A stretch of DNA of 63,518 bases, the filler included, from Octopus bimaculoides (lineage: Eukaryota), in assembly GCF_001194135.2 (NCBI RefSeq). It is 6 parts of 6 records of this genome, joined end to end, with 100 filler letters (N's around TTAATTAATTAA, not from the genome) between each part and the next. Parts side by side here need not be neighbours in the genome. Positions count along the whole stretch, not along the records: positions 47,871 to 53,497 come from NC_069000.1; positions 53,598 to 61,974 come from NC_068990.1; positions 62,075 to 63,518 come from NW_026422303.1; 3 more parts are not named here. One strand, written 5' to 3'. Position 1 is the first letter of the stretch. Every line of letters starts with the position of its first letter. The position numbers and the translations under genes were made by a program. Below the pieces are notes generated by a model. It did no database searches and was not told the origin of the DNA. It was given only the letters and a program-made list of their open reading frames with translations. This document shows, one piece after another, positions 52,687 through 63,518 of the stretch.

Positions 52687-53125
52687 AAGGTTGTAAGCTG
52701 GCAGAATCGTTCGCATGACGGATGAAATGCTCAGCGGTATTTCGCCTCTTATTACGTTCTGAATTCAGTTTCTGCCAAGGTCAGCTTTGCCTTTCATCCT
52801 TTTGGGGTTAATAAAATAAGTACCAGTCGAACACTGGGGTCGATCTAATCGACTAGTCCCCTCCCCACAAAAATTGCTGCCCTTGTGGCAAAATTTGAAA
52901 CCATTATTATGGTGGTTGTTGTTGTTGTCGTTAAGGTGGTAAGCTGACAGAATCGTCACTACTCTGGACAAAATGCTTAACGGCATTTCATCTGTTTTTA
53001 CATTCTGTGTTCAAATCCTGCTGAAGCTGACTTTGCATTTCATCCTCTTGGGGGTCAATGAATTAAATACCAGTTGAGCACTGGCGTCAATATTTCTGAC
53101 TAGCCACCCTCTTCAAAAAATTACA
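52687..53125 (+). mobile_element. two adjacent SINE family D copies
   Basis: taaggt.gtaagctg.cagaatcgt...aaatgct.a.cgg.attt...tttgc.tttcatcct...ggggt at 52687-52903 and 52932-53125. Confidence 0.8.
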
Positions 53126-53497
53126 GGCCTCATACCTGTAGGTAGTGGAAAGGGTTGTTGTTGTTGTTCTTCTTCTTCTTCTTCTTCTTCTTCTCAAGTA
53201 ACCTCGGTCAGCTATGCTTGATTGTGTTATGAAGGATACAGATCAACAAAACCTTGTTGCATTCCAGTCATGACCATCACCAGCTAAAAGCATTCTAAGA
53301 TTTAGAATCTCTGAACACTTCTGCTCCTTCATTTTCATATGTAGCTGAAGTCTTGCTGAGACCAGTTTGCCTTCTTCAACTACACCTGGTGGTGGTTGTG
53401 GTGGTAGTGGTGCTAGATGTAGTTGTCATAGTTGTGGCTGGAGGTGGTGGTGGTGACAGTGGTGGCGGTAGTGGTGCTAGATGTAGTTGTCATAGTC

Positions 53498-53597
53498 NNN
53501 NNNNNNNNNNNNNNNNNNNNNNNNNNNNNNNNNNNNNNNNNTTAATTAATTAANNNNNNNNNNNNNNNNNNNNNNNNNNNNNNNNNNNNNNNNNNNN
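53498..53597. other. artificial scaffold spacer
   Basis: 44N-TTAATTAATTAA(53542-53553)-44N. Confidence 0.95.
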
Positions 53598-54392
53598 TGG
53601 GAAAGGTTCAGAAGTATGGAGCATAGGTTCCGCATGCTTTAAGTGACAACAACAAAAATCAACGAACCACAATCTCCGCTGGTTTGCTTGCTCGTCACCG
53701 CTCAACTCATGGACACAAGCAACGATTTCTTTACCGAATCGTTACTGGCGACGAAAAATGGCACCTGTACATCAATATGAAGCAGCGTTGGGAATGGCTT
53801 AGTCCCGGTAAACAAGCGACACCACGCGTGAAACAATATCTTCATCCGTGTAAAACGATGTTGTGCGTATGGTGGGACTGGGAAGGGATTATCCATTGCG
53901 AGTTGCTTGAACGGAGCCAAACGGTCAACGCGGAACTCTATGTTCAACAGATGGAACGATTCAACACGGCTATTCAACAGAAAAGATCTAATCGGCAGCA
54001 TGGCGTTCTTCTGCTGCACGACAACGCCCACCTTCATATTGCCAATATGACCAAGGAAGCCATTCAAACGCGTGGCTGGGAAGTGCTACCACACCCGCCG
54101 TACTCTCCTGGTTTGGCACCGACGGATTTCCACCTCTTTTGATCTCTTTCAAATGCTATGCGCGGAGTTTCGTTCAATACTGGTACAGAATTGAGAGCTT
54201 GGTTGGATCAAATTTTCTAGTCGAAATCTGGTGATTTCTACCAACGAGGTATTGACAATCTTGTTGAACGATGGGACGAAGTTGTAAACGACAAGGGTGA
54301 ATACATTATTGATTAATTAGTTGTTATTTTTTATTAAACCTGTTAAGAAATTTAAATTTTAAAAAACCGCGGGAACTTAGTTGCCAACCCAA
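53598..54392 (+). mobile_element. mariner (DD34D, Mos1-like) transposase pseudogene, 3' two thirds with right TIR
   Basis: IVTGDEKW, HDNA, HPPYSPGLAPTDFHLF*, ending GEYIID* at 54316; internal stops; TIR ...gggaacttagttgccaacccaa-TA. Confidence 0.93.
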
Positions 54393-54499
54393 TAAAAAAA
54401 ATAAAATAAAACAACCTTCATTGAATATGATCGATTCTACCCATAAAGACCCTAACGGCGGAACATGAAAGTGTAGAAAACAACAGTTGTTGACCTGAA

Positions 54500-55150
54500 T
54501 AATAGTTGAACTGACCGATAGGGTAAAACTGGATGGACTGCCTGAGAAGTGATCGCTCTGGATTACCGCCGGCTCAGCGGCAGTCTGTTGAAGTCTGCAA
54601 CACTGTCCGTCTCATTATACACGCATCGGAGAGGATGGTTCATAAGCGAAAGTATGTCGTTACTTTCTGGCTTAGGTCTGCCATAATCAAATCTAGACCA
54701 TTGCCATTTGTTTTTTCGACAGACACGTAAAAATGTAAATGTTTAAATATGAAGAACCGCTGATGACAAAATTACAAAACCCAACTGAAAATTCCATATA
54801 ACATCTGCCAAAACCTCTTTTAACTACTGCAGATTAAGGGATTCTTCGACTCTTAAGATGTAATAATCCTCCCTATCTTCTGGTCCACCTACAACAAATT
54901 GCCCAGCCACATATCTCACTCTATGTTGATATCATTAGAAGATGATTTCAATTTCATTCATACTAACTTCATTTTTCTCCATAAGACACTATTTGTTTTT
55001 GGCTATTTCTGTTGCTTGAGACAATTCAAACGATTTTTAACGACAAGATCTCAACGATACAATTGGAATTTTAAAGTGAACTCTGTCAGTTCAGGAGTTT
55101 GTGGGATTATGCAGGGATGATGGAAAGAATCTCAGAGGAATTTTTAAAAT
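54500..55150 (-). mobile_element. highly degenerate Penelope-like RT fragment
   Basis: Minus frames give GQFVV...DREDYYILRVEESL, HFYV, GRP..ESNDIL...DSVADFNRL and FTLSVSS, in the order expected for PLE RT; many stops. Confidence 0.45.
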
Positions 55151-55999
55151 CTTTTAGTCAGGATGGAAGGCAGTGCTCATGATCCTTTTCGGGACAGCCA
55201 AGATTAGTGGGAGAGAGAGGGGGAGAGTGAATGAGTGAGTGAGAGAGAGAGAGAGAGAGAGAGNNNNNNNNNNNNNNNNNNNNNNNNNNNNNNNNNNNNN
55301 NNNNNNNNNNNNNNNNNNNNNNNNNNNNNNNNNNNNNNNNNNNNNNNNNNNNNNNNNNNNNNNNNNNNNNNNNNNNNNNNNNNNNNNNNNNNNNNNNNNN
55401 NNNNNNNNNNNNNNNNNNNNNNNNNNNNNNNNNNNNNNNNNNNNNNNNNNNNNNNNNNNNNNNNNNNNNNNNNNNNNNNNNNNNNNNNNNNNNNNNNNNN
55501 NNNNNNNNNNNNNNNNNNNNNNNNNNNNNNNNNNNNNNNNNNNNNNNNNNNNNNNNNNNNNNNNNNNNNNNNNNNNNNNNNNNNNNNNNNNNNNNNNNNN
55601 NNNNNNNNNNNNNNNNNNNNNNNNNNNNNNNNNNNNNNNNNNNNNNNNNNNNNNNNNNNNNNNNNNNNNNNNNNNNNNNNNNNNNNNNNNNNNNNNNNNC
55701 TTACAACTCCAACAATCCACTACCCAGAACTAGACTTGCTAGAGGATGCTGTGAGCTGACTCGGTATATTTACACCTATTTGTCTACAGCGAGAAATGTT
55801 CTTCGAGACAAAATACAGAGAATGGCTTTCTTACGGGTTCGAATATGCTTGGTGTTGTTTAAATCCCCATAACTAAGTGGTTCATCAAAAAGAGACTGAT
55901 AGAATAAGTAGCAGACTTACGCTAAGTACTGGAGTAGATTTATTCTACTAAACTCTTCAAGGCTGTGCCCCTAAATGGTCACAGTCAAATAACTAAAGC

Positions 56000-56184
56000 A
56001 TAATTTCAAATTTTGGGAGAGGGGTCAAGTCGATTACATCAATCGCAGTGCTTAACTAGTACTTATTTTATTGGCCCCGAAGGGATGAAAGGCAAAGTCG
56101 ACCTCGGTGGAATTTGAACTCAGAACATAACGGCAGACGAAATACCGCTAAACATTTCGCCCGGCCTGCTAACGTTTCTGCCAG
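56000..56184 (-). mobile_element. SINE family D
   Basis: gtcgattacatc...gtacttattt...gggatgaaaggcaaagtcgacctcggtggaatttgaactcag; reverse of the 45612-45655 and 52700-52850 sequences. Confidence 0.8.
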
Positions 56185-57221
56185 NNNNNNNNNNNNNNNN
56201 NNNNNNNNNNNNNNNNNNNNNNNNNNNNNNNNNNNNNNNNNNNNNNNNNNNNNNNNNNNNNNNNNNNNNNNNNNNNNNNNNNNNNNNNNNNNNNNNNNNN
56301 NNNNNNNNNNNNNNNNNNNNNNNNNNNNNNNNNNNNNNNNNNNNNNNNNNNNNNNNNNNNNNNNNNNNNNNNNNNNNNNNNNNNNNNNNNNNNNNNNNNN
56401 NNNNNNNNNNNNNNNNNNNNNNNNNNNNNNNNNNNNNNNNNNNNNNNNNNNNNNNNNNNNNNNNNNNNNNNNNNNNNNNNNNNNNNNNNNNNNNNNNNNN
56501 NNNNNNNNNNNNNNNNNNNNNNNNNNNNNNNNNNNNNNNNNNNNNNNNNNNNNNNNNNNNNNNNNNNNNNNNNNNNNNNNNNNNNNNNNNNNNNNNNNNN
56601 NNNNNNNNNNNNNNNNNNNNNNNNNNNNNNNNNNNNNNNNNNNNNNNNNNNNNNNNNNNNNNNNNNNNNNNNNNNNNNNNNNNNNNNNNNNNNNNNNNNN
56701 NNNNNNNNNNNNNNNNNNNNNNNNNNNNNNNNNNNNNNNNNNNNNNNNNNNNNNNNNNNNNNNNNNNNNNNNNNNNNNNNNNNNNNNNNNNNNNNNNNNN
56801 NNNNNNNNNNNNNNNNNNNNNNNNNNNNNNNNNNNNNNNNNNNNNNNNTTTTGTGCGTGTGCGTGTGAATGTGTCTGTATGCGTGTGCGTGTGTCTGTAT
56901 GCGTGTGTGTGTGTGTATGTGTGACACTTTGTAAAAAAACACTTTGTCAGTTCTTCACCACCACCACCACCACCGCCGCCGCCACCGCCACTACCACGAA
57001 ATATCCTTATGTAATTTATGGCAATATTAAGTTCTTCATTAGTATTACGACTGGTGGAAATAATCCTCTAGTTGCTATCGCAAAGCTAAAAAGCATGAAA
57101 ATATAGTGGTTTGAAGTTTTACAACCTTATTTTCTGGTCGTATGGTTTTTCACTGAATAAAACCATAATTTGTTGTGACGTTAATTAGTCAAGAGTATTT
57201 CAGAATGAAATTCATTATTTG

Positions 57222-57318
<97 letters not shown>

Positions 57319-58111
57319 TTGCTGCAGCAACACTCAATGTTGTTTCGGAAATTTATCTCTTAACTACATTGATTACTCCTTTTATATGATGCTACCAATA
57401 AAACGGACGAATATTGTAGGTCATAGAAACATTATTAAATTAGAAAGAAGTTGACAAAATAACAGCCCTATACTTTCTAGCTCTCTCTCCCTTTCTCTCT
57501 CTGTCTCTGACACACACACACACACACATACACACACACACTCACACATAAAACCCTTCACGCAAATACAACCACATACTCATATACACAAGTATATGAT
57601 ACAATCATATACTCACATTCACAAATACAGAAACACAAACACGCACACAACCACATATCCATACACACAAAACAACTACATACTCGTATACATAGCTATA
57701 ACACAAACATATCCCTAAATACACACACATGCACGCACGCACAGAATCACATACACACAAATACAAATAACATACAAGGCTCAACACACAAGTAGACATA
57801 CATGCAGTTGTATAGTCATAACTGAAGTTTGAACAAACATACATACATGCACTAATGTCTGCATATGCACAGACAAACACGTTTTTATCGTAGTACCTTT
57901 TCGAGGAATCAAACTTAATTGCATTCTTATCATCACTGCATTACTCTTTTATAAAAAACTGAATTCAATGTTGAAGTCAACACCCTTGCACAAGTACAAA
58001 TACATTCACAGTCACACATCACTATACAGCATTTCCAAGTAACGGAACCCTAATGTTGCAACCAATAGATCAAATACTCAACAACACCGCACTTTGTCGC
58101 ATGAGGTGCTA

Positions 58112-58675
58112 TGTCTTTTCGTCCGACGTCACTACGCCAAACGTCTTTTCGTCCACGTCACTACGCCAAACGTCTTTTCGTCCACGTCTTTGTGTCCCAT
58201 GATTTTTTTTGTCCAATGACAAATCCTATTCATAAATTTCTCAATGGTTATTTGATTTTCATGTTCACCTTGTTTTCTAAGGCAGGAGTTTTCAAACTGT
58301 GGTCCGCGGACAAGACAGGGGGAAAAGACAGGGGGTCCGTGGACAGCAAATACTTTTTATGGGCAATTTGATTTTATATATGTTTTTTAATTGAAATCTT
58401 TTAATTGACAATAAACCTATTTGTTAAATACTGTTAAATAAATAAATGTAAAAATATATGTTATTTTAAGCAAATATTTATGTACAAATTTCATAAGCGT
58501 TTATAACGGGGTCCCTAAGTTAAAGCCTGAAATATAAAGGGGTCCGCAAGTCAAAAAGTTTGAAAACCCCTGTTCTAAGGAGTTTGTTTAAAATTGGACA
58601 AAAAGTCGTTGGACAAAAAGACGTGGACGAAGTGATGCTGGACAGAGTGACATCGGACGAAAAGTCGGGTCACGG
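58112..58675. mobile_element. fold-back DNA element with reiterated subterminal ttttcgtcc / ggacgaaaa motifs, interrupted by a hAT MITE
   Basis: 58112-58215 (29-30-bp units cgtcttttcgtccacgtcactacgccaaa) is inverted at 58595-58675. Confidence 0.65.
58283..58572 (+). mobile_element. non-autonomous hAT-type MITE, second copy
   Basis: TIR caggagttttcaaact / agtttgaaaacccctg; 8-bp TSD ttctaagg at 58275-58282 and 58573-58580; collinear with 15390-15692. Confidence 0.9.
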
Positions 58676-58913
58676 TTGCATGACATTGTAACAGCTGATG
58701 GTACAAACACACACACACACACACACACTCACACACACACACACACACACACATTCACTCACATACATACACACACACCCTCTCCTCTTCATCATTTCAC
58801 GCTCACTTTTCCATGTTTATATGGACCAAACTTTGTAAATTAGAGGCTGCATGCCCTTGTTGTAACCAACCCTCACATGCTTCCAAGCAAGGTAATATTA
58901 CCTCATGACATGT

Positions 58914-61504
58914 TGTTATAGGTAATTAGTAATAATGGCACACTGCTCTCACGTGACGAATGGAATAGTCTTGTCACTATAAGTAAAGAGAAGTACATGA
59001 AGTACCGGAGTACATAGTAGGCAGTCAGAGAGAGTCGTGTCGTTACTGGTTTTACTAAGTATACTGAAGAGGGCGCTATAACAGTCCAACATTTTAAAGA
59101 CTATAACAATGGCGACGAGGATTTAAACAACTCACGAGGAAATAATAAACACACAAAAGTTTTTGTTTTGCGAATTTTACGAGAAACAAATCGTCAAATT
59201 ATGGAAAATTTGTTGGCTGGTTTGCTCGAGTTGCAAAAACAGCAACAACAACTGCAAGAAGAACAGCTGAGGCAACAACTAAAAGAAGAACAACTGCAAA
59301 AACAACAACAACAGAAGAAGCAACAACAACAAATGATATTACAGCAACAAATGCTGCAATTACTGAAGTCGTCAGCAAAGTCAGAAAAAGCGTTCTTGCC
59401 AGACTGAGTGGCGAACTCCGTAACAGAGTTCAAATACGAGCCTGACGAAGGAGTTGCTTTCGAAGCATATTACGGAAGATATGAGCAAATCTTCGAGAAG
59501 GAATGTAATGATTGGGACGACGAGGTAAAAACGCGCTTAATCTTGAACAAACTGGCGGCGACAGAACATGAACGATACAGTAATTATGTACTCCCGAGAA
59601 AACCTTCTGACATAAACTTTAATGACACAATAGATATATTGTGTAAACATTTTAGTAAAAAAAGCTCACACGTTGGAAGTGTCTGAACATAGAGGAAAAC
59701 AACGACGGGGACTACATCACATATACTGGTAGAGTTTATAGGGAATGTAAGAAGTTTGAGCTGGACGAGTTAACGCTAGATATGTTCAAATGCTTGATTT
59801 TTACACAGGGGCTAACTGCCGAAAAAGTTGCAGAAGTTAGAACTAGAATTCTCGCAAAGCTAGAACAAAACCAGGATGTAACCCTACAGCAAGTGTCAGA
59901 AGAATGTGAAAGGATAGACAAATTAAGATACGACACAGAGGAAATTGAACGGAAAGATTGTTTCCAATTAAAACAAATGCGAAATAGTCAGAATAGAGAT
60001 AAAGTGTTTTCTAAAAAATCACGACAAAAATCAGGAAATAAACCCATGTTTTGCTTGTGGAAGTATACACCCGAAGAAAAATTGTCCATTAAAAAAGCGG
60101 AGTGCTTTCGTTATGTAAATATAGGACATATGAAGACGCATTGTAAAACGAAGATGTCAGAACAGAGGAAAAAGAATAAATAGTGTGTCATCGGAAGAAA
60201 TTGACAATATAACGATGAGAAAATTCGTGAAGGTGAAAATGAGAAATACAAATGTTAAAATGCAATTGGACACTGGTAATGATATTACCATTATAAACGA
60301 AAAACCGTGGAAATGTGTCGGTAAGACATGGCGTTACGGGAAAAAGATTACATTTCTTTGGTGAATTCATATGCAATGTAACATTCCGTGGTCAAACGAA
60401 AAAGGCAAAGATATATGTATTCAAAAAATCACTTAATCTATTTGTCACAGGGCGGATGGAACTATTCAAAGTATGGAATACGCCCATAAGTGTTTTATGT
60501 GGAAATATAGTTGGGTCACTCAAAGGTTTGAATGCGGCTGAGGGACTGAAACAAAAAATTGCAGTAAAACAGAATGGAAGACCTGTATGTGAGCCAAAAC
60601 GAATTGAAAAATTGCCCATGATAAAAAGTAAACATTGTTTAAAAGTAGATGCTTCGTGGTCGAGACTACACATAGATTTCGCTGGTCCTTTTAATGGTTC
60701 TTACTACCGAGTGGTAGTTGATAGTTTCTCGAATTGGCCTGAAATTTGCAAGTGTAAAAAACCAACCTCCTTAACTGTGATAAATTTTTTTACACGAATT
60801 ATTAGCAAGATTTGGCATTCCAGACAAGATGGTGTCTGACAATGGAAGGCAAATTGTGTTTAGCGAATTTAGAAAGTTTTGTGAAACGTTGGCAGTAGAA
60901 CATGTAACTACTGCGCCATACCACCCCAGATCTAACGGACAGGCAGAACACTTTGTTGACACCTGCAAGAGAGCCCTAAGAAAATCGAATAAAGAAGTCA
61001 CGGATGAGGTAGCTCTTCAACAATTTTTAAGTGTGTACAGTGTGACACCAAATCCGAATACACCAGCAGGTAGCACACCGGCTGAGCTGATGTTTGCAAA
61101 GAAAGTAAAATCAGTTTTTAATAAATTGCTACCTGGCAAGAAAAGAAAAAGTGCCAGGGAAGACATAGCAAGATCCTTTAAAGTTAGTGAAAAGGTGTAT
61201 ATGAGGGCATAGAAGAATGGAAAGCAGAGTTGGGAAGATGGTGTAATTACCAAATGCATAGGTAAAATGATGTATTGGGTAAAATGTAGAAAAGGTATAC
61301 AAAAGTGACACAGGAACCAAGTGAAAAAGAGATTCGTGGAAGGCAAGCCAAAGAAGTTGGAGGAACCGGTGGAATGGTTGCCCGATACGTTCCAAGTACT
61401 AACGCCACTACAGGTGATTGAACCCAGGCGTACAAGTGAGAGGAAAAGAAAACATTCAGAGTTTCTGAAAACAGATGCCAAGCGCAAAAAATATCAAATT
61501 GTAT

Positions 61505-61543
<39 letters not shown>

Positions 61544-61755
61544 AAAACGGGAGGTGGGTGAATAAAAAAAATATTGCTAAATAAAATGACACTTCCTAAT
61601 AAAAACTTAAAAGGGAAGATGTAAGGAATTAGTAATAATGGTACACTCCTCCCACGTGACGAATGAAGTAATCTAGTCACTATAAAGAGAATAACGTGAA
61701 GTACCGGAGTACGTAGTAGGCAGTCAGAGATAATTGTGTCAGCAGCAGTAGTTTT
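58914..61755 (+). mobile_element. Ty3/Gypsy LTR retrotransposon, degenerate, RT/RNase H deleted
   Basis: 5' LTR 58914-59108 (TG..CA), PBS tggcgacgagga at 59110, and Gln-rich gag from ATG 59201 (FKYEPDEGVAFEAYYGRYE). Protease LDTG at 60266-60277; integrase LHIDFAGP, VSDNG, APYHPRSNGQAE at 60650-61110. PPT aaaagggaaga 61609-61619; 3' LTR from 61620. Confidence 0.9.
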
Positions 61756-61862
61756 AATGTGAGTTGCAAAGTTGAGTATTTTTTGTTGTAAAATTGAGTG
61801 TCAATCATTGGTGTTAATTGTTGATATTGTTCGTGTTTTTTTGTGTCTTCCCGTTGTGGAAA

Positions 61863-61974
61863 ATGGAGAAAGCACCGGTAGGTGGCCAAAGTTATGCGGC
61901 CGCGACTGGAAAAGGAACAGAGGAAGGAAAGCTGGAAATAATCGAAATTAAGGTTGATCCGAAGAAGATGAAGG
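61863..61974 (+). mobile_element. possible 5' end of a LINE ORF1 abutting the Gypsy 3' LTR
   Basis: MEKAPVGGQSYAAATGKG...; SYAAA-type motifs are common at non-LTR ORF1 N-termini. Truncated by the spacer. Confidence 0.4.
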
Positions 61975-62074
61975 NNNNNNNNNNNNNNNNNNNNNNNNNN
62001 NNNNNNNNNNNNNNNNNNTTAATTAATTAANNNNNNNNNNNNNNNNNNNNNNNNNNNNNNNNNNNNNNNNNNNN
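61975..62074. other. artificial scaffold spacer
   Basis: 44N-TTAATTAATTAA(62019-62030)-44N. Confidence 0.95.
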
Positions 62075-62564
62075 ACAACAATTCTCCAACAAAAGAAACA
62101 TTACCCTAACTTTCTCCATCCCCCTACAAGTACAACACTTACACTTTCAACTTCTCCTCCTACGCCGCCGCCAACACTTACACGCAATAAACTCCCCTTC
62201 CTCCTCCTACGCATCCAATACTTACACACTATAACCTCCCCTTCCTCTTCCCCCCATTCTGTTCGATTTACAAACTTCATTCATTGTTTCTTGTCTTGCC
62301 TATTTCCCGGAAGATGTTTACTTATCTTCACACTACTTCAATGTAGACTTGTCTACTTCCTGTTACTTCCTGGCAGACATTTCCTCAACTTCACTCACTC
62401 CCGCTTATTGTTGTCATTGTTGTTGTTGTTACATTATTATCTGCTCATCTTTTAACTGCCGTTTCTAATATCATTCTTGCCGCTGTGGACATCGTTCTTG
62501 GTGATGCTTCATTTTGTGTTTTAGAGAATGAAGCTACGAAAGTCAGCAAATATCGACATAATCG

Positions 62565-62666
62565 GCGCAGGCGTGGTTGTGTGATAAGTACGTTACTTTC
62601 CGACCTCATGGTTCCAAATTCAATCCCACAGCGCGGCACATTGGGCAAGCGTTGTTGGGGGGACAA

Positions 62667-62721
<55 letters not shown>

Positions 62722-62875
62722 CGACGGGCTTCTTTCAGTTTCCGTCTACCAAATCCACTCACAAGGCTTTGGTCGGCCCGAGGCTATAGTAGAAAACACT
62801 TGCCCAAGGTGCCACGTAGTGGGACTGAACTCAGGACCATGTGGTTGGTAAGCAAGCTACTTACCACACTGCCAC
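62565..62875. mobile_element. SINE family A head (+, 62565-62650) fused to a family A copy in reverse (62651-62875)
   Basis: cgcaggcgtggttgtgtgataag...cccacagcgcggcacattgggcaag faces cttgcccaaggtgccacgtagtgggac...ttaccacactgccac. Confidence 0.8.
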
Positions 62876-63287
62876 TTAAGAATTTTTTTTTCTAAATATG
62901 TGGAAAAATACGGATATCATGATTCGGACAAAAATTTCAAAACATTTCTGTACTTACGGTTACGATGTTAGGGTTAGGGCTAGGGTTAGTGTGGGGAAAA
63001 AAAGTCAAAATTGAAGAATTTGGGAAGGAAAAAATTTCACAATGCCAATTTTTCGCAATTTTTCAGAATTTCCATATCCAAAAACGGGGATTTTTGGCAA
63101 AAAAATTGCAAAAATAAACAAATTTGGGAGAAAATGGTGGGGGGAGTCTTTCTGCCCCGCCTTGAAGGGTTTTAGACGAACAAATCGACCATGACTTATT
63201 TTTTAAAGCCTGGCTCTTATTCTATCGGTCTCTTTTGCTGAACCGCTATGTTATGGGGGGTGGGGACAGACAAAAACGCGCATACAC

Positions 63288-63332
<45 letters not shown>

Positions 63333-63518
63333 CACAGGGTACGATGGGTAAATTGTCATTTTATATTTTTAATTTTGCACATGTGCAGTGTTTGTTTTTG
63401 ATTTTGACTACACCTCTGTGAGAAAAACAGCACCATGACACAATTCACACTGCCAGAAATTTGGTAACGACATCCTGTACTGCTTGGCATTCATGCCAGA
63501 AGCTCCAACACAAACATT

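Noticed and set aside
59168-59407. Poly-Gln ORF as a host gene
   Set aside because: It lies directly after the PBS and continues through one stop into Gypsy gag.
62880-63290. Odd homopolymer-rich sequence near the window end
   Set aside because: Looks like a low-quality or degenerate repeat sequence; no structure supportable.

Overview
AT-rich, repeat-dominated animal genomic DNA. The mix of (AT)n/(AC)n/(GATA)n/(AAT)n microsatellites, tRNA-derived SINEs, RTE LINEs, mariner/Tc1 and Penelope-like elements looks like an octopus (coleoid cephalopod) genome; this is inferred from memory of those repeat families, not from a search. The window is not one contig: five 100-bp spacers (44 N + TTAATTAATTAA + 44 N) split it into six independently assembled blocks. 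Most ORF-track entries are translated microsatellites or N-runs. The only recognisable host coding sequence is one 156-bp phase-2/phase-2 exon (50353-50508, +) that aligns without gaps to dynein-2 heavy chain DYNC2H1. Transposon relics include three Penelope-like fragments, RTE and RTE-X LINE pieces, an R4/Dong-like endonuclease tail, mariner/Tc1 fragments and MITEs, two hAT MITEs with 8-bp TSDs, piggyBac-like MITEs and an RT-less Ty3/Gypsy element. The best candidate for an unannotated system is 23391-24266: two long near-perfect palindromes, a near-canonical minimal type I hammerhead ribozyme (23782-23869, -) and a second, variant hammerhead-like motif on both arms of the larger palindrome. 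This resembles a non-autonomous Penelope pLTR/retrozyme-like unit that could self-cleave out a ~220-nt RNA. Hammerheads in Penelope-like elements are an established class, so novelty is unproven. A possible three-exon micro-ORF lies on the minus strand at 17802-18787. No CRISPR, rRNA or true tRNA gene is supported.
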